Below, piece after piece: positions 8,775 to 18,243 of a stretch of 64,000 bases of DNA (within the stretch, counting starts at the first letter, position 1; each line of letters begins with the position of its first letter). A model generated the notes under the pieces. The model worked only from the letters and a program-made list of their open reading frames with translations. It was not told the origin of the DNA and made no database searches. The position numbers were made by a program, and so were the translations under genes. This DNA is from Acidimicrobiales bacterium (GTDB taxonomy: Bacteria; Actinomycetota; Acidimicrobiia; Acidimicrobiales; JAVJTC01), in the NCBI GenBank assembly GCA_040219085.1, contig JAVJTC010000009.1, forward strand, positions 164,539-228,538, read 5' to 3'.

Positions 8775-9827
8775 GTGACCGACTTCGGCGAAAGCGGGGG
8801 CTCCACTCGCCGGCCGGTGCCGCTCGCTCGCGTCGAGTCGATGCGCCGTCTGGCAAGTCGGCTCCCTGAGGAGATCGGCGTAGCAGTGGCGCTGGTTGCC
8901 CTCACCGCGTTCATCGGCTGGCGGCGGCCGCTCTTCATCAGGTCCGACAACCTCATCAACCTCGCCACCAGTAGCGCGTTCTGGGGCATGCTCGCGTTGG
9001 GGATGGTCTTCCTACTTGCGATACGGGAGATCGACCTTTCGGTTGGCTGGGCATTCAACTTCTCCGCTGTCGTCTGCGCTCAACTGATCGTCTCGGGCCT
9101 GAATCCCTTCGTTGCCGCGCTTGCGTCGATCCTCTTCGGCGCTGTGCTCGGAGCCGCAAACGGGATGCTGTCGGTTCTGATGGGCGTACCTGTCCTCATC
9201 GTGACCCTCGGAACATTCTCGGTGTTCCAGGGCTTGTCGCTCGTCGTCAACGACTCAGCTGCGGTGGTCCCCTCCCCTGAGACGAGGGAGGGTGCGTACT
9301 TCGACCTCGTCCGCTACAAGCTCTTCGGGGAGATCCCGTTCGTGCTCATGGCGCTCGTCACCACCGCGGTGGCACTACAGGTGCTCCTCCATCACACTCG
9401 GTTCGGCTACCGCGTACTGGCGGTGGGCAGCAACCCCGAGGCCGCCATGCTCGCTGGACTACCGATACGTCGGATAACGGTTCTGGTCACTGCGATGGTG
9501 GGTGCTCTTGCAGGGTTCTCCGCTGCGCTGTTCGTCGGCTTCCGCGGCGCAGTCGACCCGAACACGGGAAGTGAGTTTCTCCTCATTGTCGTGGCGGCGA
9601 CGATCATCGGTGGCACACCACTGTCCGGAGGCTCCGGAACCGTCGTCGGCGCACTGCTCGGCGTCCTGATCATCGCTGTTATCAACAGCGGAATCATCTT
9701 TTTGGGCGTCGAAGCGACGTGGAGTGCGTTCGTCACAGGAACGGTAATCCTGGTGGCGGTCGGCATCGACCGGGTCCTTCGAGTACGCCGAGCCCGCTCG
9801 GCCGTCCAGTACCGAGACGGATTCTGA
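8775..9827 (+). CDS. Sugar ABC transporter permease (ribose/CUT2 type)
   Basis: A polytopic hydrophobic protein with the typical RbsC-like C-terminal IIGGTPLSGGSGTVVGALLG. The start is uncertain (GTG 8775 or ATG 8841). Confidence 0.85.
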   Translation: MTDFGESGGSTRRPVPLARVESMRRLASRLPEEIGVAVALVALTAFIGWRRPLFIRSDNLINLATSSAFWGMLALGMVFLLAIREIDLSVGWAFNFSAVVCAQLIVSGLNPFVAALASILFGAVLGAANGMLSVLMGVPVLIVTLGTFSVFQGLSLVVNDSAAVVPSPETREGAYFDLVRYKLFGEIPFVLMALVTTAVALQVLLHHTRFGYRVLAVGSNPEAAMLAGLPIRRITVLVTAMVGALAGFSAALFVGFRGAVDPNTGSEFLLIVVAATIIGGTPLSGGSGTVVGALLGVLIIAVINSGIIFLGVEATWSAFVTGTVILVAVGIDRVLRVRRARSAVQYRDGF

Positions 9828-9887
9828 GGTCAGGCGCTTCAGGAGGAGAGCCGGGACCAGCGCTCGCCAAGAGAAAGTAGAAGGTGC

Positions 9888-11108
9888 ATGACCAACAGAA
9901 ACAGTTCCAAGAGGTGGCGGGGCATAGTCGCGCTGTTCCTCGTCTTCGCAATGTTCGCTGCGGCGTGCGGAGATGACGACGACGACAGTGGGGCCGCAGA
10001 CGGTGCAGACGAACCGTCTGACGGTGCGGGTGACGGGGACGGCGCTGATGAACCGTCTGACGGCGCTGACGACGGAAACGGCGCGGGTGACGGAGACGGC
10101 ACGGACGAACCGTCTGACGATCTCACCATTGCGTTCGTCACCCACGTGATCGGCAATCCGTTCATCCAGCAGATCATCGACGGCGCTGAAGCCGCCGCGA
10201 GCGACCTGGGGGTCAACCTCGAGGTGACCGGGCCTGCGGGCGGCGATGCCGATGCTCAACTGGTCGCGGCGCAGAACCTTGTCGCGGCCGGCGCCGACGG
10301 TCTCGCCATGTCGGTCCCGGGGTCGTCGATCGCGTTCGGCGTCAACGAGATCATCGACGGTGGGACCCCCGTGGTCACCTTCAACCTTCTGGACACCTCG
10401 GTCGAGGCGCCCTACGTCGGGGAGCGGTCAGTGGAATCGGGCCGCATTCTCGGCGGTCTGGTGCTCGAGGAGCTGGGCGGTGCCGAGGCAACTGGCACCG
10501 CGATCATCGGAAACTGTTTCCCGGGCTTTCCAGTCCTCGAGAATCGAGCAGCTGGTGTCGAGGAGGCGCTCCGGGCAGCACCTGGACTCGAGGTGCTCGG
10601 ACCCTTCGACGTGAAGGTCGAAGTCACGGAGAACTACGCGGCGTGGGAGGCGCTACTGGCAGCGAATCCCGACGCGAAGGCGCTCGTGGGGCTGTGTGCT
10701 CCCGATGTCGCGAGTCTCGGCCAGCTCAAGGCCGCCAACCCGGATTCCGAGTTCATCGGCGCGGGCTACGACCTGACTGCAGAGAACCTCGCAGAGATCG
10801 AAGCAGGTCGAGCGTTCGCGTCCGTTGGGCAGACGCCCTTCATGCAGGGATACCTGCCTGTATTCATGCTCGTCGACAACCTGCGCAATGGGACTCCCCT
10901 CGAGCAGGGGTTCGTCGATGCCGGGACGCAGGTCCTCACGATCGACGGTTCGATCGAGCCTTACGGTCTGCCGTCCCTGTCGTTCAGCGAGGTCCAAGAG
11001 CTGGCAGGCTCACCTGAACAGACGCGGGAGTTCTACCAGACTCTCGTTGACAACGTGATCCCGACTTGGAGCGATCTGATCGAACCGATCGAGAACGAAG
11101 CCCAGTAG
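9888..11108 (+). CDS. Sugar ABC substrate-binding lipoprotein with an acidic low-complexity tether
   Basis: Signal peptide plus lipobox (FAAACGDDDD), a D/G/E/P-rich linker, then a periplasmic-binding-protein fold (IAFVTHVIGNPF). Confidence 0.85.
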   Translation: MTNRNSSKRWRGIVALFLVFAMFAAACGDDDDDSGAADGADEPSDGAGDGDGADEPSDGADDGNGAGDGDGTDEPSDDLTIAFVTHVIGNPFIQQIIDGAEAAASDLGVNLEVTGPAGGDADAQLVAAQNLVAAGADGLAMSVPGSSIAFGVNEIIDGGTPVVTFNLLDTSVEAPYVGERSVESGRILGGLVLEELGGAEATGTAIIGNCFPGFPVLENRAAGVEEALRAAPGLEVLGPFDVKVEVTENYAAWEALLAANPDAKALVGLCAPDVASLGQLKAANPDSEFIGAGYDLTAENLAEIEAGRAFASVGQTPFMQGYLPVFMLVDNLRNGTPLEQGFVDAGTQVLTIDGSIEPYGLPSLSFSEVQELAGSPEQTREFYQTLVDNVIPTWSDLIEPIENEAQ

Positions 11109-11121
11109 AAGTAGAACTGTC

Positions 11122-12675
11122 GTGAACTCCCCGGCTGCGGTCCTGGTCGCTACGGACCTGAAGAAGCGCTATGGCGGCGTGCAGGCCTTGCGCGGCTTGT
11201 CGCTCGAGGTCGTAGCCGGGGAGATTCACGCCATATTGGGTGAGAACGGTGCAGGCAAGTCGACTCTCATGAAGATCCTCGCCGGCGCCGAACGGCTGAC
11301 CTCCGGTTCCATCGCGCTCGATGGCGTGGAGGTCGAGATCAGGGACACCAGGATGGCGGAGTCGGCCGGTATTGGAATCGTCCACCAGGAGCTGAGTCTC
11401 TTTCCGGACCGGTCCGTCCTGGCGAATCTCATGGTGGGTCAGGAGAAGACACGTTTCGGTCTGATCTCGCCAGCGGCGATGCGCGAGAGCGTCAGGGACG
11501 TAGCGGAGGTCTTCGGGCTCACTGATCATCTGCGTGACCGGCTCGCGACTCTTCCACTCGGCAAACAGCAACTGGTCGAGCTCGCTCGTGTTCTCCTGCG
11601 GAATCCGAGAGTCTTGATTCTGGATGAGCCGAACTCAGCATTGAGTGAAGAAGAGACAGCCGTCCTGTTCGGGATCCTGCGGGACCTGCGGGAGCGGGGC
11701 ACAGCGATCCTCTACGTGTCGCATCGCCTCGAAGAGGTGTTCGATCTGTGCGATCGGGTCTCTGTGGTCCGCTCCGGAAAGAACGTACTGACGGCCTCGA
11801 TTGCGGACCTGAGCCTCGGAGAGGTCGTTCTCGCGATGACCGGCTCGGCCCAGGGCCAGAACTTTCCACCTCTACCGCCAGCTCCTCCGGACGGCGCGCC
11901 GCCCGCGCTGACCCTGGCTGGTCTGCGCGTGCGAGAGACGGTGCGCGGAGTCGACCTCGAAGTCCGCCGTTCCGAGATCATCGGCCTCGTCGGACTGGAC
12001 GGTGCCGGTGTGTCGACCCTGCTCGCCACCCTGTTCGGGGTGGTCCGGACGAAGAGCGGGGCGATCGTGATGCACGACGGTGGAAAGGCGCCTCGATCGC
12101 CCGGCGATGCTGTGCGGCGCGGGGTGAGTCTGGTCCCCGCAGACCGCAAGACGCACGGGCTCATGCTCCAGCGATCGATGACCGAGAACATCTTGCATGT
12201 GACTCGCGGCGCCACCTCCTCTACCCCGACCTTCATCAGCCGTCGTCGATCGAACATGGCGGCTGATGCTCGAGCCTCGTCTCTCATGGTCAAGTACGAG
12301 TCCGTTGTTCAGCCCGTGTCCGGGCTCTCGGGGGGGAATCAACAGAAGGTCGTCCTCGCGAAGTGGCTGGAGGCTGAACCCGAGGTCTTCCTCTTGGATG
12401 ATCCGACTCGTGGCGTCGACGTCGGTGGAAAGTATGAGATCCATCAGATCATTGCCAGCCTCGCCGAACAGGGAGGCACTGTTCTCTTCCGCTCGAGCGA
12501 CCTTGCAGAAGTTCTCGGCATGTCGCACCGCGTCGCCGTTTTCCGCCGCGGAGTGGTTGTCGCCACGGTTGCGTCAAAGGACACCTCCAAGCCGGAACTC
12601 CTCGCCATCATGAACGGGGGCGGCCAGGAAGGACTGAACGCGGAGCGACCCGCAGATCAGCAGGGATCTCGATGA
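11122..12675 (+). CDS. Sugar ABC transporter ATP-binding protein (duplicated ATPase domains)
   Basis: Walker A GENGAGKST, the LSGGNQQKV signature in the second half and Walker B ILDEP/LLDDP. 517 aa. Confidence 0.92.
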   Translation: MNSPAAVLVATDLKKRYGGVQALRGLSLEVVAGEIHAILGENGAGKSTLMKILAGAERLTSGSIALDGVEVEIRDTRMAESAGIGIVHQELSLFPDRSVLANLMVGQEKTRFGLISPAAMRESVRDVAEVFGLTDHLRDRLATLPLGKQQLVELARVLLRNPRVLILDEPNSALSEEETAVLFGILRDLRERGTAILYVSHRLEEVFDLCDRVSVVRSGKNVLTASIADLSLGEVVLAMTGSAQGQNFPPLPPAPPDGAPPALTLAGLRVRETVRGVDLEVRRSEIIGLVGLDGAGVSTLLATLFGVVRTKSGAIVMHDGGKAPRSPGDAVRRGVSLVPADRKTHGLMLQRSMTENILHVTRGATSSTPTFISRRRSNMAADARASSLMVKYESVVQPVSGLSGGNQQKVVLAKWLEAEPEVFLLDDPTRGVDVGGKYEIHQIIASLAEQGGTVLFRSSDLAEVLGMSHRVAVFRRGVVVATVASKDTSKPELLAIMNGGGQEGLNAERPADQQGSR

Positions 12676-12843
12676 TGTCGTCGACCGGGAAGGCAACTGC
12701 GTGGTGACCGACGTGCGGCGAGTCGAATGCGGGCGCGTCGTGGAAGCCGACTCAGCAGCCACCGAGGCCCCGTCACAGCGTTGCTCAGCGGTTGTGACCG
12801 CCTGGGCCAGAGAGCCGAACTCAACAATGCAAGGGAGCTGGAA

Positions 12844-13608
12844 GTGATCGATCTGACAGGCAAGCGAGCGATGGTGAGCGGGGCAGCGTCGGGGATCGGA
12901 CGAGCCGCTGCCGTTCGTCTGGCGACGTGCGGAGCCGATGTCGTCGGGATCGACGTCGACGCGACGGGTTTGGAGGACCTCGCCGGTGAACTCAGCGCGA
13001 TGCCCGTGCGCGTTCACACGTCTGTGGTGGACGTTACCGACGAGGAGTCGGTCAGGCTCGCGGTGGACCATGTCCGGTCGGAGTGGGGGGGGCTCGACAT
13101 CGCTGTCATCAACGCAGCGGTCTTCCTCAACGGACAGGATGCGCCGGCTCATCAACTCGAATCCGAGGTCTGGAACAAGACAATCGCCGTGAATCTGAGC
13201 GGCGCCTTCCACCTCGCCAAGCACGCCCTCGCGGTGATGGTGGAGAACGGTTCCGGATCGGTCATCCTCACAGGGTCCCCGACAGGGATGCTCGGGGTCT
13301 CGCCGACCTTCGACGCGTACAGCGCCAGCAAGGGCGGCGTCCACGGCCTGATGCGCGTGCTCGCTGCGGACTACGCGCCACTCGGAATACGAGTGAACTG
13401 CGTCGTTCCCGGGTTCACCGATACGGCATCGACGGCGTTCATAATGAACGATGACGAAGCTCGCGACGCGCTCGTGGCGACCATACCCCTCGGTCGACCG
13501 GGCACTGCCTGGGAGGTGTCCGCAGCTGTGGCGTTCCTTGCATCTGACGAGGCGTCGTATGTGACGGGCTCCTTCTGTCATGTCGACGGAGGAATCACCG
13601 CCGTGTGA
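12844..13608 (+). CDS. SDR oxidoreductase
   Basis: MVSGAASGIGRA and YSASKGG motifs. The GTG at 12844 is preceded by AGGGAG. The track ORF's longer N-terminus is Arg/Ser-rich. Confidence 0.88.
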   Translation: MIDLTGKRAMVSGAASGIGRAAAVRLATCGADVVGIDVDATGLEDLAGELSAMPVRVHTSVVDVTDEESVRLAVDHVRSEWGGLDIAVINAAVFLNGQDAPAHQLESEVWNKTIAVNLSGAFHLAKHALAVMVENGSGSVILTGSPTGMLGVSPTFDAYSASKGGVHGLMRVLAADYAPLGIRVNCVVPGFTDTASTAFIMNDDEARDALVATIPLGRPGTAWEVSAAVAFLASDEASYVTGSFCHVDGGITAV

Positions 13609-13775
13609 CTCCGCGTCGAGAGATGCCCGCGGAGATTGCACAGCGCCTCGGCGTTCCGGCGACGGCTCGGCGAGTTGGCGACCGCTGGACGGAGTGGCCG
13701 CCTCGTTGAAGGGCACTCGACGCACGTTGCGCAATACATGGGTTCCGAGTGCCGGAGCCTTCGAAAGGAGACCCG

Positions 13776-14531
13776 ATGTCCCAAGGTGTTCTTGAAGGAA
13801 AGACAGCCCTCATCACCGGAGGCGGTGGTGGCATCGGCCGGGGAATCGCCGAGGGCTTCGCCCGGGCCGGTGCGGAACTCGTCCTCGTCGGTCGCTCCGA
13901 GGCTGCGGCCAGCGCAGCGGCTGAGATCAGCGCGAGCGGGGCGTCGGCCAGCGCCATCAGCTGCGACGTGGCCGATCGCGCCGACCTCGACGAGATGTTC
14001 ACGGAGACGCTGCACCGCCTCGGCCACCTCGACATCCTCGTCAACTGCCACGGCACAGCCGTCGCCAGCCCCACGATCGACCACGACCTCGAGGCGTGGG
14101 ACCGCACTCTCGAGGTCAATCTCACCTCGGTCTTCACGCTGTGTCGCCTGGCCGGGACCCACATGGTCGAGCGGGGCTCGGGAAAGATCATCAACATCGC
14201 GTCGATGTACTTCTTCTTCGGGGGAGTGAACGTTCCCGCCTACACCGCCAGCAAGGGTGGCGTGGCCCAACTCACCAAGGCCCTCTCCAACGAGTGGGCG
14301 GGGCGCGGAGTGAACGTCAACGCGATCGCGCCGGGGTACATCCGCACCGAACTGAACCGCCACATCTGGGAGGACGAGGTTCGCAGCGCCGAGATCCTGG
14401 GCCGGATCCCGTCAGGTCGATGGGGCGAGCCCGCTGACATGGCTGATCCCGCGGTGTTTCTCGCATCAGATGCCGCCCGCTACGTCCACGGCATCGTCTT
14501 GCCCGTGGACGGCGGATTCATGGCCCGCTGA
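13776..14531 (+). CDS. SDR oxidoreductase (KduD/gluconate-5-dehydrogenase-like)
   Basis: ALITGGGGGIGRG and YTASKGG motifs. AAAGGAG lies 6 nt upstream of the ATG at 13776. Confidence 0.88.
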   Translation: MSQGVLEGKTALITGGGGGIGRGIAEGFARAGAELVLVGRSEAAASAAAEISASGASASAISCDVADRADLDEMFTETLHRLGHLDILVNCHGTAVASPTIDHDLEAWDRTLEVNLTSVFTLCRLAGTHMVERGSGKIINIASMYFFFGGVNVPAYTASKGGVAQLTKALSNEWAGRGVNVNAIAPGYIRTELNRHIWEDEVRSAEILGRIPSGRWGEPADMADPAVFLASDAARYVHGIVLPVDGGFMAR

Positions 14532-14574
14532 GAGTTCGGCGGCGGGCGGCACGGCCGCCACGTCGAGGAGTCGG

Positions 14575-15744
14575 TCACCGCACCGAAACCGTCGCGGGAA
14601 CAGACGCCGGACTGCGGTTGTCACCGCGGGGCTTCCAGCTGATCTCGCCCGGGTCGACGGTCAGCGAGCCGACGCTCGCCACGAGCACCTCGAGCATCAC
14701 GGTGAGCTCGAGTCGGGCCAGATGAGCACCCAGGCAGAGGTGAGGTCCCGCGCCGAACGTCAGGTGCGGGTTCGGGGAACGGTCGAGGCGACATTCGTCG
14801 GGCTGTTCGAAGACCTCGGGGTCCCGATTGGCGGACCCGTACCCCATCGCCACCGCCGCGCCCGCCGGGATCGGGCAGCCCGCCATCTCGACATCACGGG
14901 TCGCGTCACGGGCGAGCAGCTGCACCGGAGCAGCGAGCCGCAGGAACTCCTCCACAGCGACGTCGAAACTCTCGGGTTCCAGGCCGCGCAGTTCGTCGAG
15001 GAGACCCGGCCGGGAACCGACGAGGGCGAGGGTCTGCGCCATGGCACTCGCGGTGGTCTCGTGGCCGGCGATCAGAAGGATCCGACAGAACGAGCGGACA
15101 TCGTCGTGACTGAGTGGCACGCCGTCGATCTCGGAATCCAACAGCATCGTGATGAAGTCCTCCCGGGGTGATGCCGCCCGCTCCGCCACGAGGTCGTCGA
15201 TGTACGCGTAGTACTCCCCGGTGGCCCTCGCGACGACATCACGATCGCCTGTCACGTCGAACATCGCCGTCACCCATGCGACCCAACGGTCACGGTCCTC
15301 GTCGGGCAGGTCCATGAACGCTGCGAGGCTGGCCACCGACATCGGCTGCGCGAAGTCGGTCACGAGGTCGACGCTCCCTTTTGCACACATCTCCTCACAG
15401 AGTGCGGTGGCGTGGCGCCGGAGAACCGGCCTGAGGTCCTCGATCCGACGACGCCGGAAGACGGGACTGACGAGTGCCCGGTAGGCCGTATGGGCCGGCG
15501 GGTCGAGTTCGATCGGCAGATCCGGCTCCGTGCGATCGTGCGTCGAGGGGATCGCCGTGGCGTTCGGGCGGGCCGACGAGAACGTGTGCCAGTCGATCAG
15601 CGCTGCGCGAACGTCACCGTGACGGGTCAGGAGCCAGAAGCCCCCGTAGGCCTCGGACCGCACGACCGGGCCCTCACGGCGTGCCCGCTCATAGAACGGG
15701 TACGGATCGGCGACGAACGCCGGGTCGTGATGATCGAAGCCCAC
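14575..15744 (-). CDS. Cytochrome P450
   Basis: FGAGPHLCLGAHLA heme motif, LLIAGHETTASA I-helix and EEFLRL ExxR. Confidence 0.93.
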   Translation of the reverse strand: MGFDHHDPAFVADPYPFYERARREGPVVRSEAYGGFWLLTRHGDVRAALIDWHTFSSARPNATAIPSTHDRTEPDLPIELDPPAHTAYRALVSPVFRRRRIEDLRPVLRRHATALCEEMCAKGSVDLVTDFAQPMSVASLAAFMDLPDEDRDRWVAWVTAMFDVTGDRDVVARATGEYYAYIDDLVAERAASPREDFITMLLDSEIDGVPLSHDDVRSFCRILLIAGHETTASAMAQTLALVGSRPGLLDELRGLEPESFDVAVEEFLRLAAPVQLLARDATRDVEMAGCPIPAGAAVAMGYGSANRDPEVFEQPDECRLDRSPNPHLTFGAGPHLCLGAHLARLELTVMLEVLVASVGSLTVDPGEISWKPRGDNRSPASVPATVSVR

Positions 15745-15749
15745 TACAC

Positions 15750-16868
15750 CTAGCGGTCCGCGCGATGGTGCTCGATGAAGTCCTGATCGAGTTCCCAGCC
15801 GAAACCGGGACCGTCAGGAAGGATGAACTGGCCGTCCTCGAGAGCCGGGCGATTGGCGAGCATCTCCCAGAAGATCGGGTCACGCTCACGGTCGAAGGCC
15901 TCGACGTAGGTCCCGTGGGGGATCGACGCGAGCAGGTGGGAGGCGACCTGCGCCTCCTCGTGATGGCCCATCTCCACCCCGAAGGAGTACGCCAACGCCG
16001 CAACCCGACGCCACTCGGTCGGCCCGCCGCCCCACGAGGCGTCGTAGTTGGAGACGTCGATCGCCGCGGCCTCCATCAGGCGGCGCATCCCGGCGTGGGT
16101 GAACTCCATCTGACCGGCGGCCGTCGGCACCCCGGCCTTGGCCCTGACGTCGCGGAGTCCCTCGTGGTCGTTGGGCCACAGGCACGGCTCCTCGAACCAC
16201 CGGAGTTGGACGAAGTCCTCGGCGCGGCGGACGAACTCGACGGCCTCGGCGACGGTCCATGCCTGGTTTGCGTCCACCACGAACTCGAACCCCTCGGGCG
16301 CCGAGTCGACGGCGCGTCGCAGGCGGACGATGTCCTCGGCCGGGGTGAGCTTGCCGATCTTGAACTTCATGCCGACCATTCCCTCGTCGACGAAGAAGGC
16401 GACCTCCTTCTCTATCGACGCCGGGTCGGTCGTGTAGTAGCCCCCGATTCCGATCATCGGGAGCCGGTCCCGGTAGCCGCCCCACAGGCGGTAGAGGGGG
16501 ACGCCGACGGCCTTGCCGACGAGGTCCCACAGCGCCGAGTCGATACACGCGATGGCCTGCACCGCGTGCCACCGGTTCCGCAGCTGGTCCTTGAGGATCA
16601 CGCTCATCGCGTCCCAGCACTTCTCGGTCGCCATCGCGTCCATGCCCGTGACGATCGGCGTCAACTCCTCCCGGATGATCTGGAGGATCTCGGCCTGGGG
16701 GAGATCCTCGTCGGCGTTGTAGATCTCACTGACGAGCCCCCCTCGGGTACGGATCCGGGTCAGGATCGTGCACCGGTTGGGCATCTGGTAGTGGCTTCCC
16801 TGGTAGAGGCGGGCCAACTCGACGCGGATCGGGATGACCTCCACCGACTCGACGGTCAGATCGTTCAC
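15750..16868 (-). CDS. Enolase-superfamily enzyme (mandelate racemase/muconate lactonizing family, probable acid-sugar dehydratase)
   Basis: MR/MLE architecture: an N-terminal capping domain, VVDANQAW, WFEEPC and a C-terminal barrel. A GTG start with AAGGAA upstream. Confidence 0.85.
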   Translation of the reverse strand: MNDLTVESVEVIPIRVELARLYQGSHYQMPNRCTILTRIRTRGGLVSEIYNADEDLPQAEILQIIREELTPIVTGMDAMATEKCWDAMSVILKDQLRNRWHAVQAIACIDSALWDLVGKAVGVPLYRLWGGYRDRLPMIGIGGYYTTDPASIEKEVAFFVDEGMVGMKFKIGKLTPAEDIVRLRRAVDSAPEGFEFVVDANQAWTVAEAVEFVRRAEDFVQLRWFEEPCLWPNDHEGLRDVRAKAGVPTAAGQMEFTHAGMRRLMEAAAIDVSNYDASWGGGPTEWRRVAALAYSFGVEMGHHEEAQVASHLLASIPHGTYVEAFDRERDPIFWEMLANRPALEDGQFILPDGPGFGWELDQDFIEHHRADR

Positions 16869-16883
16869 TCATTCATTCCTTTC

Positions 16884-16895
16884 GGCAACGATTCC
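16884..16895. promoter_or_regulatory. Box GGCAACGATTCC (internal operator or promoter candidate)
   Basis: Located 16 nt upstream of the enolase-family GTG at 16868 and downstream of the PrpD-family stop at 16936. It is identical to the 6447 box, including 5 flanking nt. Confidence 0.55.
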
Positions 16896-16935
16896 AGCAC
16901 AGGGCGTTGATGTTTCTCGGGGTTCTCGGAGACGG

Positions 16936-18237
16936 TCACGGCGACGAGACCGTCCCGCCGGCGACGGCGAGGAACTCCGCGACGGGCGCGTCCACGTGTT
17001 CGAGGCCGTCGAAGACCGCGCGGGCACGGGCCTCGTCGGGCCACGCAACCAACTCGACCGAGCGTCTCAGGAGTTCGTCGTCGGTGAGTGGGTCATCGGG
17101 ATGACCCCGGGGTACCTCGCAGGTCACAATCCGCGTGGTGCCATCGATCATGTCGACCGTGACCCGGGCCCCGATCGAGCCGACCGGCGGAGAGGTCGCC
17201 ACGATCTGCACCCGCTCCGCGAGGTCACGGACGTCACCGTCGAGAGGCCACGGGAACTCCTCGATCGCGAGGGCGCCGGTCGCGGTCACCGCGGCGACCG
17301 TCGCGAAGTGCCACTTGGCATGTCGGACGCCGGTAGGAACGCCCCGATGGTCGGCGCCGAGGAAGGCCTCGGGTACCTCGACCCGCATCGATCGCACTTC
17401 GCGGGGGTCCGCGGGAGGCAGTGACAGGAGCGCGTCGACCATCGTGTGGGTGAAGCCGGAAACGGGGTGGCTGCGCACGGTCGTTTCGGCGATGGCGGGC
17501 GAGGCGGGCTCTGCGAGACTCCCGGTGTCGAGTTCGATCCCCGTCGCAGTCGCGAATCCGACGTCTCCGTCCAAGGGGCGCCCGACCGGAGTCGAACCAC
17601 TGAAGCGGGCGGCGACGACACCGGCGACGGCGGCATGGGCCCGATGGGCGACGGCCGTGTCGGACAGCTCGGCGAGCGCCTGACGGGTCCCACCGATGAT
17701 GGACGACGCGGCACGCATGACTCCTTCGAGGTCCGCCGAAGGCCCGTCCGACAGTGCGGCGGCCACAGCGGCCGCCGCGACCGTTCCACACGTGGTGGTG
17801 GCGTGGAAAGACCGCCGATGTCCGGGACCGAGGAGGCGCGACATCCGCACCGCAACCTGGTAGCCCACACAACCTGCATCGAGGACCTCGCCGACGGTCG
17901 CTCCCGCAGCTTCACCGACACCGAACGCGACCGGCCAGACGATCCCGCCCGCGTGCACCACCGCAGACCAGTGCAGATCGTCGCGATCCAGCAGATGGCA
18001 GGTGGCCGCGTTGTATCCGATGGCGTCGAGCAGGGCGCCTTGACGGCCGGTACCGATGAGTCCGATGGCCCCGGGCTCCACGGCGGCCCAACGATCCGGC
18101 GCCCGGGCGGCGCCCGCGACCATGCACGTGAGGGCGTCGAACGCGGCCCGCCGCGCGGGGGCGCGGAGAGACTCACCCGCGAGATCGCGAGCGACAGCGT
18201 CGGCGATCTCGACCGTCGCGTCGACCACGACCGTCAC
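16936..18237 (-). CDS. MmgE/PrpD-family protein
   Basis: 433 aa, with the family-typical pattern around HLLDRDDLHWSAVVHAGGIVWPVAF. Assigned by eye, so function is uncertain. Confidence 0.75.
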   Translation of the reverse strand: MTVVVDATVEIADAVARDLAGESLRAPARRAAFDALTCMVAGAARAPDRWAAVEPGAIGLIGTGRQGALLDAIGYNAATCHLLDRDDLHWSAVVHAGGIVWPVAFGVGEAAGATVGEVLDAGCVGYQVAVRMSRLLGPGHRRSFHATTTCGTVAAAAVAAALSDGPSADLEGVMRAASSIIGGTRQALAELSDTAVAHRAHAAVAGVVAARFSGSTPVGRPLDGDVGFATATGIELDTGSLAEPASPAIAETTVRSHPVSGFTHTMVDALLSLPPADPREVRSMRVEVPEAFLGADHRGVPTGVRHAKWHFATVAAVTATGALAIEEFPWPLDGDVRDLAERVQIVATSPPVGSIGARVTVDMIDGTTRIVTCEVPRGHPDDPLTDDELLRRSVELVAWPDEARARAVFDGLEHVDAPVAEFLAVAGGTVSSP

Positions 18238-18243
18238 AACGAC

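Noticed and set aside
14532-14574. Bidirectional terminator between the convergent SDR and P450 genes
   Set aside because: Only a 6-bp stem (GGCGGC-ACG-GCCGCC at 14545..14559) is visible. That is too short to call at this GC content.
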